64,000 bases of DNA from Bacteroidales bacterium (GTDB lineage Bacteria; Bacteroidota; Bacteroidia; Bacteroidales; WCHB1-69), in contig JBLJBB010000057.1 in assembly GCA_047638115.1 (NCBI GenBank), positions 15,686-79,685 of the forward strand, read 5' to 3'. Positions 9,867 through 17,990 of the stretch are shown one piece after another (position 1 is the stretch's first letter; every line of letters begins with the position of its first letter). The notes below the pieces were generated by a model. It made no database searches. It saw nothing but the letters and a program-made list of their open reading frames with translations, and had not been told where the DNA came from. The translations under genes were made by a program, and so were the position numbers.

Positions 9867-9908
9867 TCGTGTGCTCGTGTGCTCGTGTGCTCGTGTGCTC
9901 GTGTGCTC
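9867..9908. repeat. Tandem octamer (TCGTGTGC) x5.25
   Basis: Read directly. Five perfect head-to-tail copies start 1 nt after the crp/fnr stop codon. Confidence 0.95.
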
Positions 9909-9937
9909 CAGTCCCTAGTCACTTGTCATTTGTCCAT

Positions 9938-9973
9938 AAAAAAAAGCACCCTTTTGGGATGCTTTTTTTTTTT
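9938..9973. terminator. Bidirectional rho-independent terminator between convergent genes
   Basis: A8, then GCACCC-TTTT-GGGATGC hairpin (one bulge), then T11. Lies between the 3' ends at 9865(+) and 9995(-). Confidence 0.6.
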
Positions 9974-9994
9974 ATAGAAATCTTTAAAATCTAA

Positions 9995-11344
9995 TTATTT
10001 TTTAAGATTGTGTTTTTTAACAAAATCTAAAAGAACAGTTTCTAAAGTTGGAGTTCCAATTTCTTGAAGTTCATAACCAATTTTAACCACAGGTTGTTTG
10101 ATTTTCACAAAACGTGGTAGGTCAATAGGAGTACCAATAACTACTGCATCACAAGGAGTGTTAGCGATAGTATCTTCAAGGTCTTTCATTTGAGCATCTC
10201 CGTATCCCATAGCTGGAAGTAATGTTCCAATGTTTGGATATGTTACGAATGTATCTTTTAAAGTACCCACAGTGTAAGGTCTTGGGTCAATAAGTTCAGA
10301 AGCACCATATTTCATAGCAGCAACAGTACCTGCACCAATTTTCATTTCACCGTGAGTTAAAGTTGGACCATCTTCAACAACTAAAACTCTTTTACCTTTG
10401 ATTAATTCTGGTTTGTCAACAGTTAAAACTGAAGCAGCATCAATCATGATAGCAGAAGGATTAATTTTTGCTAAGTTAGCTCTAACGGTATTGATATCCA
10501 CTAAAGAAGCAGAGTCAATTTTGTTCATAACGATAACGTCAGCCATTCTAGCAACCACTTCACCTGGGTAGTAACTAACTTCAGCACCTGGGCGCAATGG
10601 GTCAGCAACACCAACATAAAGATCTGGAGTATAGAAAGAGAAGTCATTGTTTCCACCATCCCAAAGGATAATATCACAACCGTCTGGATCATTTTCAGCA
10701 GCGCGAACGATAGCTTCATAATCAACACCAGCATAAATTACATTTCTTTTTGTAACTACGTGTGGTTCATACTCTTCCATTTCTTCGATAGTACAGTTGT
10801 GTTTTTTAAGATCTTCAACAGTAGCAAATCTTTGAACTTTTTGTTTGTTCAAATCTGGATCGTAAGGCATTGGGTGGCGAATAGCAACCACTTTAAGTCC
10901 CATACCTACCAAATACTCAATAATTCTTCTAGAAGTTTGTGATTTTCCACATCCTGTACGAGTTGCACCAACTGCGATTACTGGTTTTGTAGATTTGATC
11001 ATGGTATCTTTTGGTCCCATTAAAGTAAAGTTAGCACCCGCTGCATTTACGATAGCACTGATTCCCATAACATAAGAGTAAGGTTTATCACTATAAGCGA
11101 AAACACACTCATCTACGTTAAATTTTTTGATTAAAGCAGGAAGTTCAGATTCTTTAAAGATAGGAATTCCACTTGGATAAAGATCTTCTCCTGCTAATTC
11201 TTTAGGGTAAGGTCTTCCGTCGATACCAGGAATTTGTTCAGCAGTAAAAGCAACCACGTTATAATTCGGGTTGTGTCTGAAATAGGTATTGAAGTTGTGG
11301 AAATCTCTTCCAGCTGCTCCAATAATAATAACGTTTCTTTTCAT
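9995..11344 (-). CDS. COG2403-family P-loop protein (predicted GTPase / cyclic 2,3-diphosphoglycerate synthetase-like)
   Basis: 449 aa. N-terminal Rossmann-like MKRNVIIIGAAGRDFHNF and P-loop GATRTGCGKSQTS. Family recalled from memory, not searched. Confidence 0.6.
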   Translation of the reverse strand: MKRNVIIIGAAGRDFHNFNTYFRHNPNYNVVAFTAEQIPGIDGRPYPKELAGEDLYPSGIPIFKESELPALIKKFNVDECVFAYSDKPYSYVMGISAIVNAAGANFTLMGPKDTMIKSTKPVIAVGATRTGCGKSQTSRRIIEYLVGMGLKVVAIRHPMPYDPDLNKQKVQRFATVEDLKKHNCTIEEMEEYEPHVVTKRNVIYAGVDYEAIVRAAENDPDGCDIILWDGGNNDFSFYTPDLYVGVADPLRPGAEVSYYPGEVVARMADVIVMNKIDSASLVDINTVRANLAKINPSAIMIDAASVLTVDKPELIKGKRVLVVEDGPTLTHGEMKIGAGTVAAMKYGASELIDPRPYTVGTLKDTFVTYPNIGTLLPAMGYGDAQMKDLEDTIANTPCDAVVIGTPIDLPRFVKIKQPVVKIGYELQEIGTPTLETVLLDFVKKHNLKK

Positions 11345-11399
11345 AAATTATTGATTTTAAGTTATATAAAAAATATTTGATTGTATTCTTACAAGGTCG

Positions 11400-11407
11400 C
11401 AAATATA
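11400..11407 (-). promoter_or_regulatory. Candidate -7 box for the COG2403 gene
   Basis: Minus-strand TATATTTG, 55 nt upstream of ATG at 11344. Confidence 0.4.
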
Positions 11408-11530
11408 GTAAAAATTTTTCAATTTTGCAACCAAAAAAAATCCACAATTCTGGAACTCTCAATATTTCAATAAATTAAACCATAAATCACCACAATTCAC
11501 TTCTATCTTAATAAGGTTTTAGGTTTTTAG

Positions 11531-11625
11531 ATTCATTATTCACTATTCACTATTCACTATTTTTGGGCATTCCGGCTCACTGCATTCGCCTTCGGTCTCC
11601 GGCCTGTACTCTTCGTTTCGCTGCC
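11531..11625 (+). repeat. GC-rich modular repeat, copy A (5' heptamer array plus truncated core)
   Basis: (ATTCATT/ATTCACT)x5, then GGGCATTCCGGCTCAC..CGTTTCGCTGCC. It stops at the point where copy B continues. Confidence 0.7.
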
Positions 11626-11627
11626 AA

Positions 11628-11888
11628 GTGTTTATTCATCCATATATAACTCAAAAAAATGGACATATAGAAAGCTTTTATTCAATACTTTCAAGACATT
11701 TAGATCGATATGTTTTCTGGTCTTTGGACGAGCTAAAAACAAATTTAGATCTATTCTATGAGTATTTTAATGAAAGAAGGCTCCATTCTTCCATTGCAAA
11801 CTTATCTCCTTCAATATTTTGGTCATGTTGGAACAACGGTTGGGTAGAGAGAACGGTAGATTTAAAAAAAAATGATAAACAAGTTTAA
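11628..11888 (+). pseudogene. C-terminal remnant of an integrase-core (rve) DDE transposase (IS3/IS481-like)
   Basis: ..PYITQKNGHIESFYSILSRHL..FNERRLHSSIANLSPSIFW matches the end of the rve domain, including the catalytic E region. Only 86 codons, GTG start, no N-terminal domains. Confidence 0.7.
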
Positions 11889-11990
11889 ATTATTAATCCC
11901 TTATTATGAGATTAAAACTAGGCTATTAGAACAAGAAAGATTAGAAAAAAATAAAATTTTTCTTGATTGTATTTCAAATTAAAAAAAATG

Positions 11991-11998
11991 TATATTTG
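11991..11998 (+). promoter_or_regulatory. Candidate -7 box for the giant T9SS cargo gene
   Basis: TATATTTG lies inside the ORF-track N-terminal extension, 79 nt upstream of ATG at 12078. Confidence 0.4.
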
Positions 11999-12077
11999 CA
12001 CTCACAAATTAAATTTAACCCTGTCCGAAAAAAAGGGGGTTAAACCAGTTTTAATGAGTAAAAACGGGAAGAATGAA

Positions 12078-15000
12078 ATGAATAAAATAGTTCTCATGCG
12101 GAATTTAGTCTGGGTAATGCCGGTGTTTGTTTTTCTTAGCCTGATGAGTCCGATGGCTTTTGCGCAGGAATATTACTTTCCCTATAAGGTCAAAGTGGAA
12201 TCTGTTGCGGGACAATGTTATGACGATTGCTGGCTGATCATCACGATGCTGGATGATCAGAATAATGAAATAGTGGTGAATCCTTCTACACATACTACAG
12301 TGGGTGCGGTTTCGCAACCATTGTATAACATTCAGTACCATTACACGAATCAGAATGGGGGTGCCAATACCCGGTATGACACGGTGGGGATCATCCAATT
12401 GTCAGCTGCCACTTATTGTGTGGGGATTACAGCCTCGATTCTGATCATACAAGGGGGAAACCCAATCTATATTGAACTTGACACGACCATTTGCAATGTG
12501 GAAATCAATACAAATTATGTGCATTTAGAGGCCTCTATCTTGTCGGGTATTGCCGGAAACACCGATGGGAATGGTCGTGAGTTTTGCGGAACCCGTAATT
12601 CTTTTGAATGTGCCAGCGTAGGCAGGATTCAGCTTTATCTGCAAAAGGGAAATCTACCCTATCATGTCTGTATTTACAATGAGGCGCAAGATACCGTAAG
12701 AACAGCCACTTTCGCAGGACCAGTGCAGTATGGAGAAGATATTGGTTATGCTGATTATAGTGACTACTACACTTTTGATAGTTTGCCTGTCGGCAATTAC
12801 AGCATTATAGTGTATGATTCGTGTAACTACTCGTTATGGCTTTCTGCTTCGATTCAAGCCATAGAACCATCGACCCCGGAGATGTACTGCTATTCAAGAA
12901 ACAACATTGTTGACAGTAATGTCATTATTTTCCCTTTTATTATTCACTGGAATCAAAATATTCATAATTATCACCATTCTTATCTGGATAGTCTTGTGCA
13001 ATATCGATTTATCAATAGTGGGGAAGATACTACTGAATGGCAGAACGTTCCTGGTAGTACTCTTGGCCATTCATACTTTAATGCGCTGGATACTGTTTTC
13101 GGAGCACAAAACTATTGCGACATATACTATGATACTGTGACCTTCCAGATACGGGATCATTGTCAGGACACAATATTTTCGAAGAGCTTTACTTTCATTC
13201 CGTTTTTCACCTATTATCTTCAGGAGGAAACGGTGGAAGAAATGTTTAATGAGCATTTGACACCGGATACTTGTTCCATTCAAGCCAATTCAGGCTCTAT
13301 CACACAGGCGTATACCATTTTTTGGTCTTACAATTATGACAGCTATAATTCTTCTGATGCGTATTCGCAGTTTTATACAGGTCCTTTGACCCTGGAAATC
13401 AGAAATACCATAGACAACTCCATGATTGTCAGTAGTAATGCCAATAGTTTGCAGGAACTTTCCGCGACAGTGGTTTTTTATAATGATACGACCCTGCCGT
13501 TCCATGTGGTTTTATATGATGCGAAGGGTTGTGTGTTTTATGAGATGACCCATATATATACTACGATCATACAACCCTTGCAGGATTTGCATTACGTCTA
13601 TCATACAAACTCGGATTTTGGCTCTTGTAGTGGTCGTTATCTTAGTGTAGGTGAAGCAGAAGTTGACGTTGAAGCTTTTAGAGACACTGTTGTGGTGCGA
13701 TTGATTGACAGTCCTTTGTATAACAAATATAATTTCACGGGTACATTTAGTCATGGGGTGTGGACATATATGATGAATGATACTGCCAATACGACGACTA
13801 CGGTAGAATTTACCACTGGAGATGGTTGGAACGTGACTATTCGTGACAATCAACTTTCACCGGGACTGTATCAATTTGTTTGTACTACACAGTGTGGTAG
13901 CGATACCATACTCTTTCAAAATGAGGGCATTTATCGTGCTGATGTTGATTTTGAAACATTGCCGCAATATGATATGACGCAAGTTTGTGACAGACTTCTT
14001 GTGAGACCATACGGGGCTGTGGGACAATCCGATAAGTATTACGTTTCACCCAATGTCGATAATGACGAACCATCGATGATACATGACACATTCGGGGTGA
14101 ACTATTCGGTGGTGAATGGTATGGCCGGAGGATACAACCCCTGGTTAGATAATAATGGCGCATTTGTGTTTACGGTTCCCGGACAGTATGTGATTCAAAG
14201 TAGTTTTTATTCTGATTGCGTACATAGGTATCATTATGATACGGTGGTATTTGATCCAGTTTATATTGATTTTGACATGGAATATGCCGTGATGTGCAAT
14301 AATACGGAATCTATCGGCAATGTTCTCACGCATGCTATCCAGGGTTCTACCCCTTATACTTATTATTTGTATAGTGCTGCAGATTTGGGAGGAAGTATGA
14401 TTGCATCCAATAATACGGGCAATTTTTATAATGTTCCTATGATGGAAGGACAAATGCTTTCGGTGTTGGTAGTAGATTCCTGTATGAACAGTTTCTATGT
14501 GAATCTGGTGGCCACACGGCTTTCCCAAAGCACTCTGTTATGGGAAGTGGGTGCATCTAATGACCCTATTCATTGTGAAGGTGACAGTTTGCGATTATCT
14601 GCACTCCCATTTAGTGAAAATGTCAGCTATCAATGGAGTGGGCCTAATTCGTTTTCGAGTACATCACAAAACAACAACATATACTTGCCGTATGGTAGTG
14701 AAAGCGGCTGGTATAAAGTGACATTTCTGAACACCCAATGCGGCATTTTCTCTGATAGTATATATGTTGAGGTTCACAGGGCTCCTGTTGTTACCATTTT
14801 GAGTGATACCATGATCTGTCCGGGGCGAAGCATCACATTAGCTTTTGCGGTCCAAGGTTCCGGAATGGTAGAATATGATATTTCTTACTATGGAGCACTA
14901 TCTTCAGGGATCCTGTATTTAACGACGCAGGGCGGCGACACTTCGCTTTATGATTTTCAAATTCATTGTGATCATGTTTTTTGGCCGCAGAATATCATGG

Positions 15001-16556
15001 ATGAGCAATGCAGGTACGGAGCCAGTATTGACAGCACTTACGTCTCTATTTTCGGATTGGAAAATTACTCGGACACTTCAAATGTGACCGTTGTTGACGA
15101 CTCAGCCTGCTACAATTATGAAGCTATACTGATGGCAAGTTCCAACTTGCAGCTGCCGTACTTTGTTTATTGGTATGATTCAGAACTGCAAGGTAATCTT
15201 TTACAGTGTGATACCATTTTTGAAGTTACCGATGTATCCACTTTTGTAATTCCTCATTTGCTTGAAGAAACAACGCTTTATGTGACTGCTGCAAACCATA
15301 ATACCTGTGCCCCTATTTGGGGAACTATTTATGATGTGGTCAACATGACAAATGGAACTTCGCTCCTGGCTGGGAGTGAGGGAGTCCGTTTTTATGATAG
15401 TGGTGGAGAAAATGGAAATTATTCTAATAACGAACATTTAACCCATACTTTTAGTTGTCCTGACAGACCACGGCTTTATTTGTATTTCAATGAACTGAAT
15501 TTTGCGGTTGGGGATACTTTATTTGTGTATGCGGGACTGACGGCACATCCTGATTCCATGCTTCTTGCCGTTACGGGCACCAATTTCCCTGCTCAATTCA
15601 TCGTGGGAAATTCCGCTGTCACTTTTGTGTTTTCTTCCAATTGGATTAATCATTTGTCGGGCTGGAGCATCGATATCTTGACGAATGTGTCGATGACTGC
15701 TGTTCACGCAAATTTGATTCCCCCTTATCTTGAAACGGTTTTTCTGGATGTTTGTCAAACGAAGGAACCTTACCTGTATCCGGGATTTGAACCAATGGAT
15801 GTATCGGAACCGGGTGCTTTTCAAGTCGAAAAAACTTTTACTTCTGCTATAGGTTGTGACAGTCTCGTTATGCTTATCGTAACGGTACATCCCAATTATG
15901 TAACGGAATTTGAAGACGAGATTTGCGAAGGTTCTGCATATCAACTACATGGTTTTCAGATTTATCCTAATGAAACAGAAGGACAATCCGTAATCCGGAG
16001 TACCGTTCATTATCAAAGCATGTATGGTTGCGACAGCGTTTGTCAGCTCACGTTGGAAATAAGGGATACTTCAATTTATTTCCAAACCAGTGTGGACGAT
16101 TTTTGCGACGAATATGAAATGGACATACTGGTGGAGACATCATTGGGCAATATCGAGTGGAATACGGGTGAAACCACCCATACCATCCATATTGTCGAGC
16201 CCGGCTATTATACTGTTACGGCCAAAGATGAACATTGTTCCAACACTCAAAGAATTTTTGTAAAACCCTGCGAGTTTACCATCCATCTTCCCAATACAAT
16301 TACATCCTCTTCCAAGGATGGCCTCAACGATTATTTTTCTATTAACGAAAAGCAGCGGATTCAAATCAGGGAACTTGAAGTGTACATATACTCCCGTTGG
16401 GGTGAATTGGTTTATTCATCTAAAGATATAAATTTTATGTGGAATGGAGAAATTAACGGAAAGGTTATCAGTGACAATGTGTACGTTTATGTGATATTTT
16501 GGACTGATCGTCAAAATCAAGAGCATCTAAAGAAAGGTTCACTTATAACATTATAA
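12078..16556 (+). CDS. Giant secreted adhesin-like protein with T9SS type B C-terminal sorting domain
   Basis: Signal peptide MNKIVLMRNLVWVMPVFVFLSLMSPMAFAQ. C-terminus is ..KDGLNDYFSI..IYSRWGELVYSS..WNGEINGK..VYVYVIFW..KKGSLITL (gliding-motility CTD pattern). Internal Ig-like SYQWSGPNSFSS module and CUB-like GVRFYDSGGENGNYSNNEH..LYLYFNELNFAVGDTLFVYAG. Start alternatives are 11967 and 12054. Confidence 0.8.
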   Translation: MNKIVLMRNLVWVMPVFVFLSLMSPMAFAQEYYFPYKVKVESVAGQCYDDCWLIITMLDDQNNEIVVNPSTHTTVGAVSQPLYNIQYHYTNQNGGANTRYDTVGIIQLSAATYCVGITASILIIQGGNPIYIELDTTICNVEINTNYVHLEASILSGIAGNTDGNGREFCGTRNSFECASVGRIQLYLQKGNLPYHVCIYNEAQDTVRTATFAGPVQYGEDIGYADYSDYYTFDSLPVGNYSIIVYDSCNYSLWLSASIQAIEPSTPEMYCYSRNNIVDSNVIIFPFIIHWNQNIHNYHHSYLDSLVQYRFINSGEDTTEWQNVPGSTLGHSYFNALDTVFGAQNYCDIYYDTVTFQIRDHCQDTIFSKSFTFIPFFTYYLQEETVEEMFNEHLTPDTCSIQANSGSITQAYTIFWSYNYDSYNSSDAYSQFYTGPLTLEIRNTIDNSMIVSSNANSLQELSATVVFYNDTTLPFHVVLYDAKGCVFYEMTHIYTTIIQPLQDLHYVYHTNSDFGSCSGRYLSVGEAEVDVEAFRDTVVVRLIDSPLYNKYNFTGTFSHGVWTYMMNDTANTTTTVEFTTGDGWNVTIRDNQLSPGLYQFVCTTQCGSDTILFQNEGIYRADVDFETLPQYDMTQVCDRLLVRPYGAVGQSDKYYVSPNVDNDEPSMIHDTFGVNYSVVNGMAGGYNPWLDNNGAFVFTVPGQYVIQSSFYSDCVHRYHYDTVVFDPVYIDFDMEYAVMCNNTESIGNVLTHAIQGSTPYTYYLYSAADLGGSMIASNNTGNFYNVPMMEGQMLSVLVVDSCMNSFYVNLVATRLSQSTLLWEVGASNDPIHCEGDSLRLSALPFSENVSYQWSGPNSFSSTSQNNNIYLPYGSESGWYKVTFLNTQCGIFSDSIYVEVHRAPVVTILSDTMICPGRSITLAFAVQGSGMVEYDISYYGALSSGILYLTTQGGDTSLYDFQIHCDHVFWPQNIMDEQCRYGASIDSTYVSIFGLENYSDTSNVTVVDDSACYNYEAILMASSNLQLPYFVYWYDSELQGNLLQCDTIFEVTDVSTFVIPHLLEETTLYVTAANHNTCAPIWGTIYDVVNMTNGTSLLAGSEGVRFYDSGGENGNYSNNEHLTHTFSCPDRPRLYLYFNELNFAVGDTLFVYAGLTAHPDSMLLAVTGTNFPAQFIVGNSAVTFVFSSNWINHLSGWSIDILTNVSMTAVHANLIPPYLETVFLDVCQTKEPYLYPGFEPMDVSEPGAFQVEKTFTSAIGCDSLVMLIVTVHPNYVTEFEDEICEGSAYQLHGFQIYPNETEGQSVIRSTVHYQSMYGCDSVCQLTLEIRDTSIYFQTSVDDFCDEYEMDILVETSLGNIEWNTGETTHTIHIVEPGYYTVTAKDEHCSNTQRIFVKPCEFTIHLPNTITSSSKDGLNDYFSINEKQRIQIRELEVYIYSRWGELVYSSKDINFMWNGEINGKVISDNVYVYVIFWTDRQNQEHLKKGSLITL

Positions 16557-16649
16557 GAAATATGGATAGAGGTAGTAAAACCACGTATTCTGCTACTTCA
16601 AGAAAGAGACTTGACACGATTATGATCTAGATGATGCTTTGAATTAAGT

Positions 16650-17149
16650 TTTTGTTGGTATTCGATGGGCTGGGAAGTCCAATTTAATGTTCCAACAGAT
16701 TGCAAGATTGATTATTTAGAGTATTTAAAAGAGATCTGGATTGTTTTTTCTATTGAGAACATTGTTTCAAAAATGGTTGATAAAGTATCAATTAAAAAAT
16801 ACTATTTTATAGACAATGGATTATTGAATCTATTTTTAATGGATCCAAAAACTTCATTATTGGAGAATCAAGTTGCGATATCATTGTATCGTTTATATCC
16901 AAATGATCTCTTTTTTTATAATAAAGGAATTGAAGTTGATTTTTATCTTTTTGAAAAACAAATTGCAATTGAGGTTTGTTTATAGTATAATTAACTCTGA
17001 AATATATAAACGAGAAGTTACTGCATTATTAAAACTCAAATCTCAAATTGAGATAAAAAAAAATGTTGATTATTACAAAAGAGGAAGAAAAACTAATTAC
17101 AATAGATGACCAAGAGATACAAGTGGTTCCCAGCTGGAAGTTTTTGTAG
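16650..17149 (+). pseudogene. Degraded AAA+ ATPase (COG1373, DUF4143-type) gene: internal deletion plus frameshift
   Basis: Walker-A-like GIRWAGKSNL (16659-) hits a stop. DUF4143-like KKYYFIDNGLLN..EVDFY is in ORF 16665..16985. The C-terminal ..YKREVTALLKL.. and MLIITKEEEKLITIDDQEIQVVPSWKFL are in other frames. Confidence 0.5.
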
Positions 17150-17176
17150 TTTAAACAACAATATCTGAAGGTTTAA

Positions 17177-17220
17177 CGCTTCGCTGTTGAAAGGTCTAAT
17201 CGTTTCGCTGTTGAAAGGTC
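17177..17220 (+). repeat. Two tandem copies of a 20-mer CG(C/T)TTCGCTGTTGAAAGGTC
   Basis: Read directly, with a 4-nt spacer. A third related copy is at 57458-57477. Confidence 0.85.
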
Positions 17221-17265
17221 AATAGCCATCTACTATTAGCCCTAATTAACACATTTACTAATTTA

Positions 17266-17464
17266 TTATTCATTCTTCATTATTCACTATTTTTGGGCAT
17301 TCCCCTCGCTTCGCTCGGGTCGGGCTTGTTCCGGGGTTCGCTTCGCTCCCGTGCTTCATTCCGCTGCCGCTCCATTTCGCACCGGCTTCGCCGCCCTCCA
17401 CATCCCTAATGCGTTCAAAACCTTCGGTTTTGTAGTGAATAACTAATAGTGAATAGTGAATAGT
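17266..17464 (+). repeat. GC-rich modular repeat, copy B (heptamer array / 137-nt core 17295-17431 / inverted heptamer array)
   Basis: Core is GGGCATTCCCCTCGCTTCGCTCGGGTCGGGC..GGGGTTCGCTTCGCTCCCGTGCTTC..ACCGGCTTCGCCGCCCT..ATCCCTAATGCG, ending in hairpin AAAACCTTCGGTTTT. Flanks are ATTCACT-type on the left and AGTGAAT-type on the right. Confidence 0.8.
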
Positions 17465-17467
17465 TTT

Positions 17468-17498
17468 CGCTCCGTAGGTGCGTTATATTTGTAGCAAA
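17468..17498 (+). repeat. Hairpin plus TATATTTG-box repeat, copy H1
   Basis: CGCTCCGTAGGTGCG (one mismatch in stem) followed by TTATATTTGTAGCAAA. Confidence 0.75.
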
Positions 17499-17520
17499 CG
17501 ATTACCATGACAAGATACCA

Positions 17521-17550
17521 CGCTGCAGCGCAGCGTTATATTTGTGAACA
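17521..17550 (+). repeat. Hairpin plus TATATTTG-box repeat, copy H2
   Basis: CGCTGCAGCGCAGCG (6-bp stem) followed by TTATATTTGTGAACA. Confidence 0.75.
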
Positions 17551-17574
17551 AAATATCTTTTTCTTTTTCCCTTT

Positions 17575-17791
17575 ACTTTTTGTCTTGATACAAAAAGTAA
17601 CAAAAAAATCAAGGCCACAAAAATTCCACCCGCTCAGTCTGACCGATTAACGAACGCTACCTGCGCTTCAAAAACCGCGGGTATTTTTATCCAATTTGGT
17701 TCATTTATGGTGCGGTTTTTCGAATCATCTCCCCGCAAGCGTTCGTAAATCGCTTCAGACTTTCACGCTATTCCGCCTCGTTTGTGGCCTT
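17575..17791. repeat. Composite palindromic element (9-bp hairpin 17575-17598 plus ~180-nt imperfect inverted repeat 17611-17791)
   Basis: ACTTTTTGT/ACAAAAAGT hairpin. Arms pair as AAGGCCACAAA..TTTGTGGCCTT, CAGTCTGACCGATT..AATCGCTTCAGACT, AACGAACGCT..AGCGTTCGT and AAAACCGC..GCGGTTTT. Confidence 0.7.
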
Positions 17792-17857
17792 GCCATCGCA
17801 CATTCCACTTAACTTCATTTAAAGTAATTTGTTCACAAAACTAAGGTCACTGAGTAG

Positions 17858-17960
17858 AAGCGCCCTCACGATAAATTGGAGAAACGAAGGAATAAACTGC
17901 TTCGTATCGAAGTGCCGATGCCATGAATGAAGAATGAAGAATGAAAAATGAAGAATGAAC
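17858..17960 (+). repeat. Possible 3' remnant of a fifth GC-rich repeat copy with (TGAAGAA)x5 array
   Basis: AGCGCCCTCACG resembles the 3' module GGCGCCCT..CCCTCACGC of copy D. It has a CGAAG..CTTCG hairpin, then TGAAGAA heptamers at 17924-17960. Confidence 0.35.
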
Positions 17961-17990
17961 AGCTGCAGCGCAGTGTTGTATTTGTGAACA
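17961..17990 (+). repeat. Hairpin plus box repeat, copy H3 (degenerate)
   Basis: AGCTGCAGCGCAGTG followed by TTGTATTTGTGAACA. Confidence 0.65.

Noticed and set aside
11259-11462. 67-aa minus-strand ORF overlapping the 5' end and promoter of the COG2403 gene
   Set aside because: It is out of frame with a well-supported gene, spans its -7 box and has no motifs.
11967-12077. ORF-track N-terminal extensions taken at face value (11967, 18692, 19149, 20162, 21272, 36146, 39793, 54530, 57959)
   Set aside because: In each case an internal ATG gives a canonical N-terminus (signal peptide, lipobox or conserved family start). The extension overlaps a -7 box, a terminator, a repeat or the upstream gene. 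Several extensions also start with GTG or TTG.
12105-15944. Series of 70-141-aa antisense or alternative-frame ORFs inside the 4.5-kb adhesin-like gene
   Set aside because: They are fully nested in a long ORF that has a signal peptide and a recognisable C-terminal sorting domain. The higher GC reduces stop-codon frequency, and none shows a recognisable motif.
16665-17109. ORFs 16665..16985 and 16873..17109 as two intact small genes
   Set aside because: Together with an upstream Walker-A-like stub, they read as out-of-frame pieces of one COG1373/DUF4143 ATPase. I call them a pseudogene.
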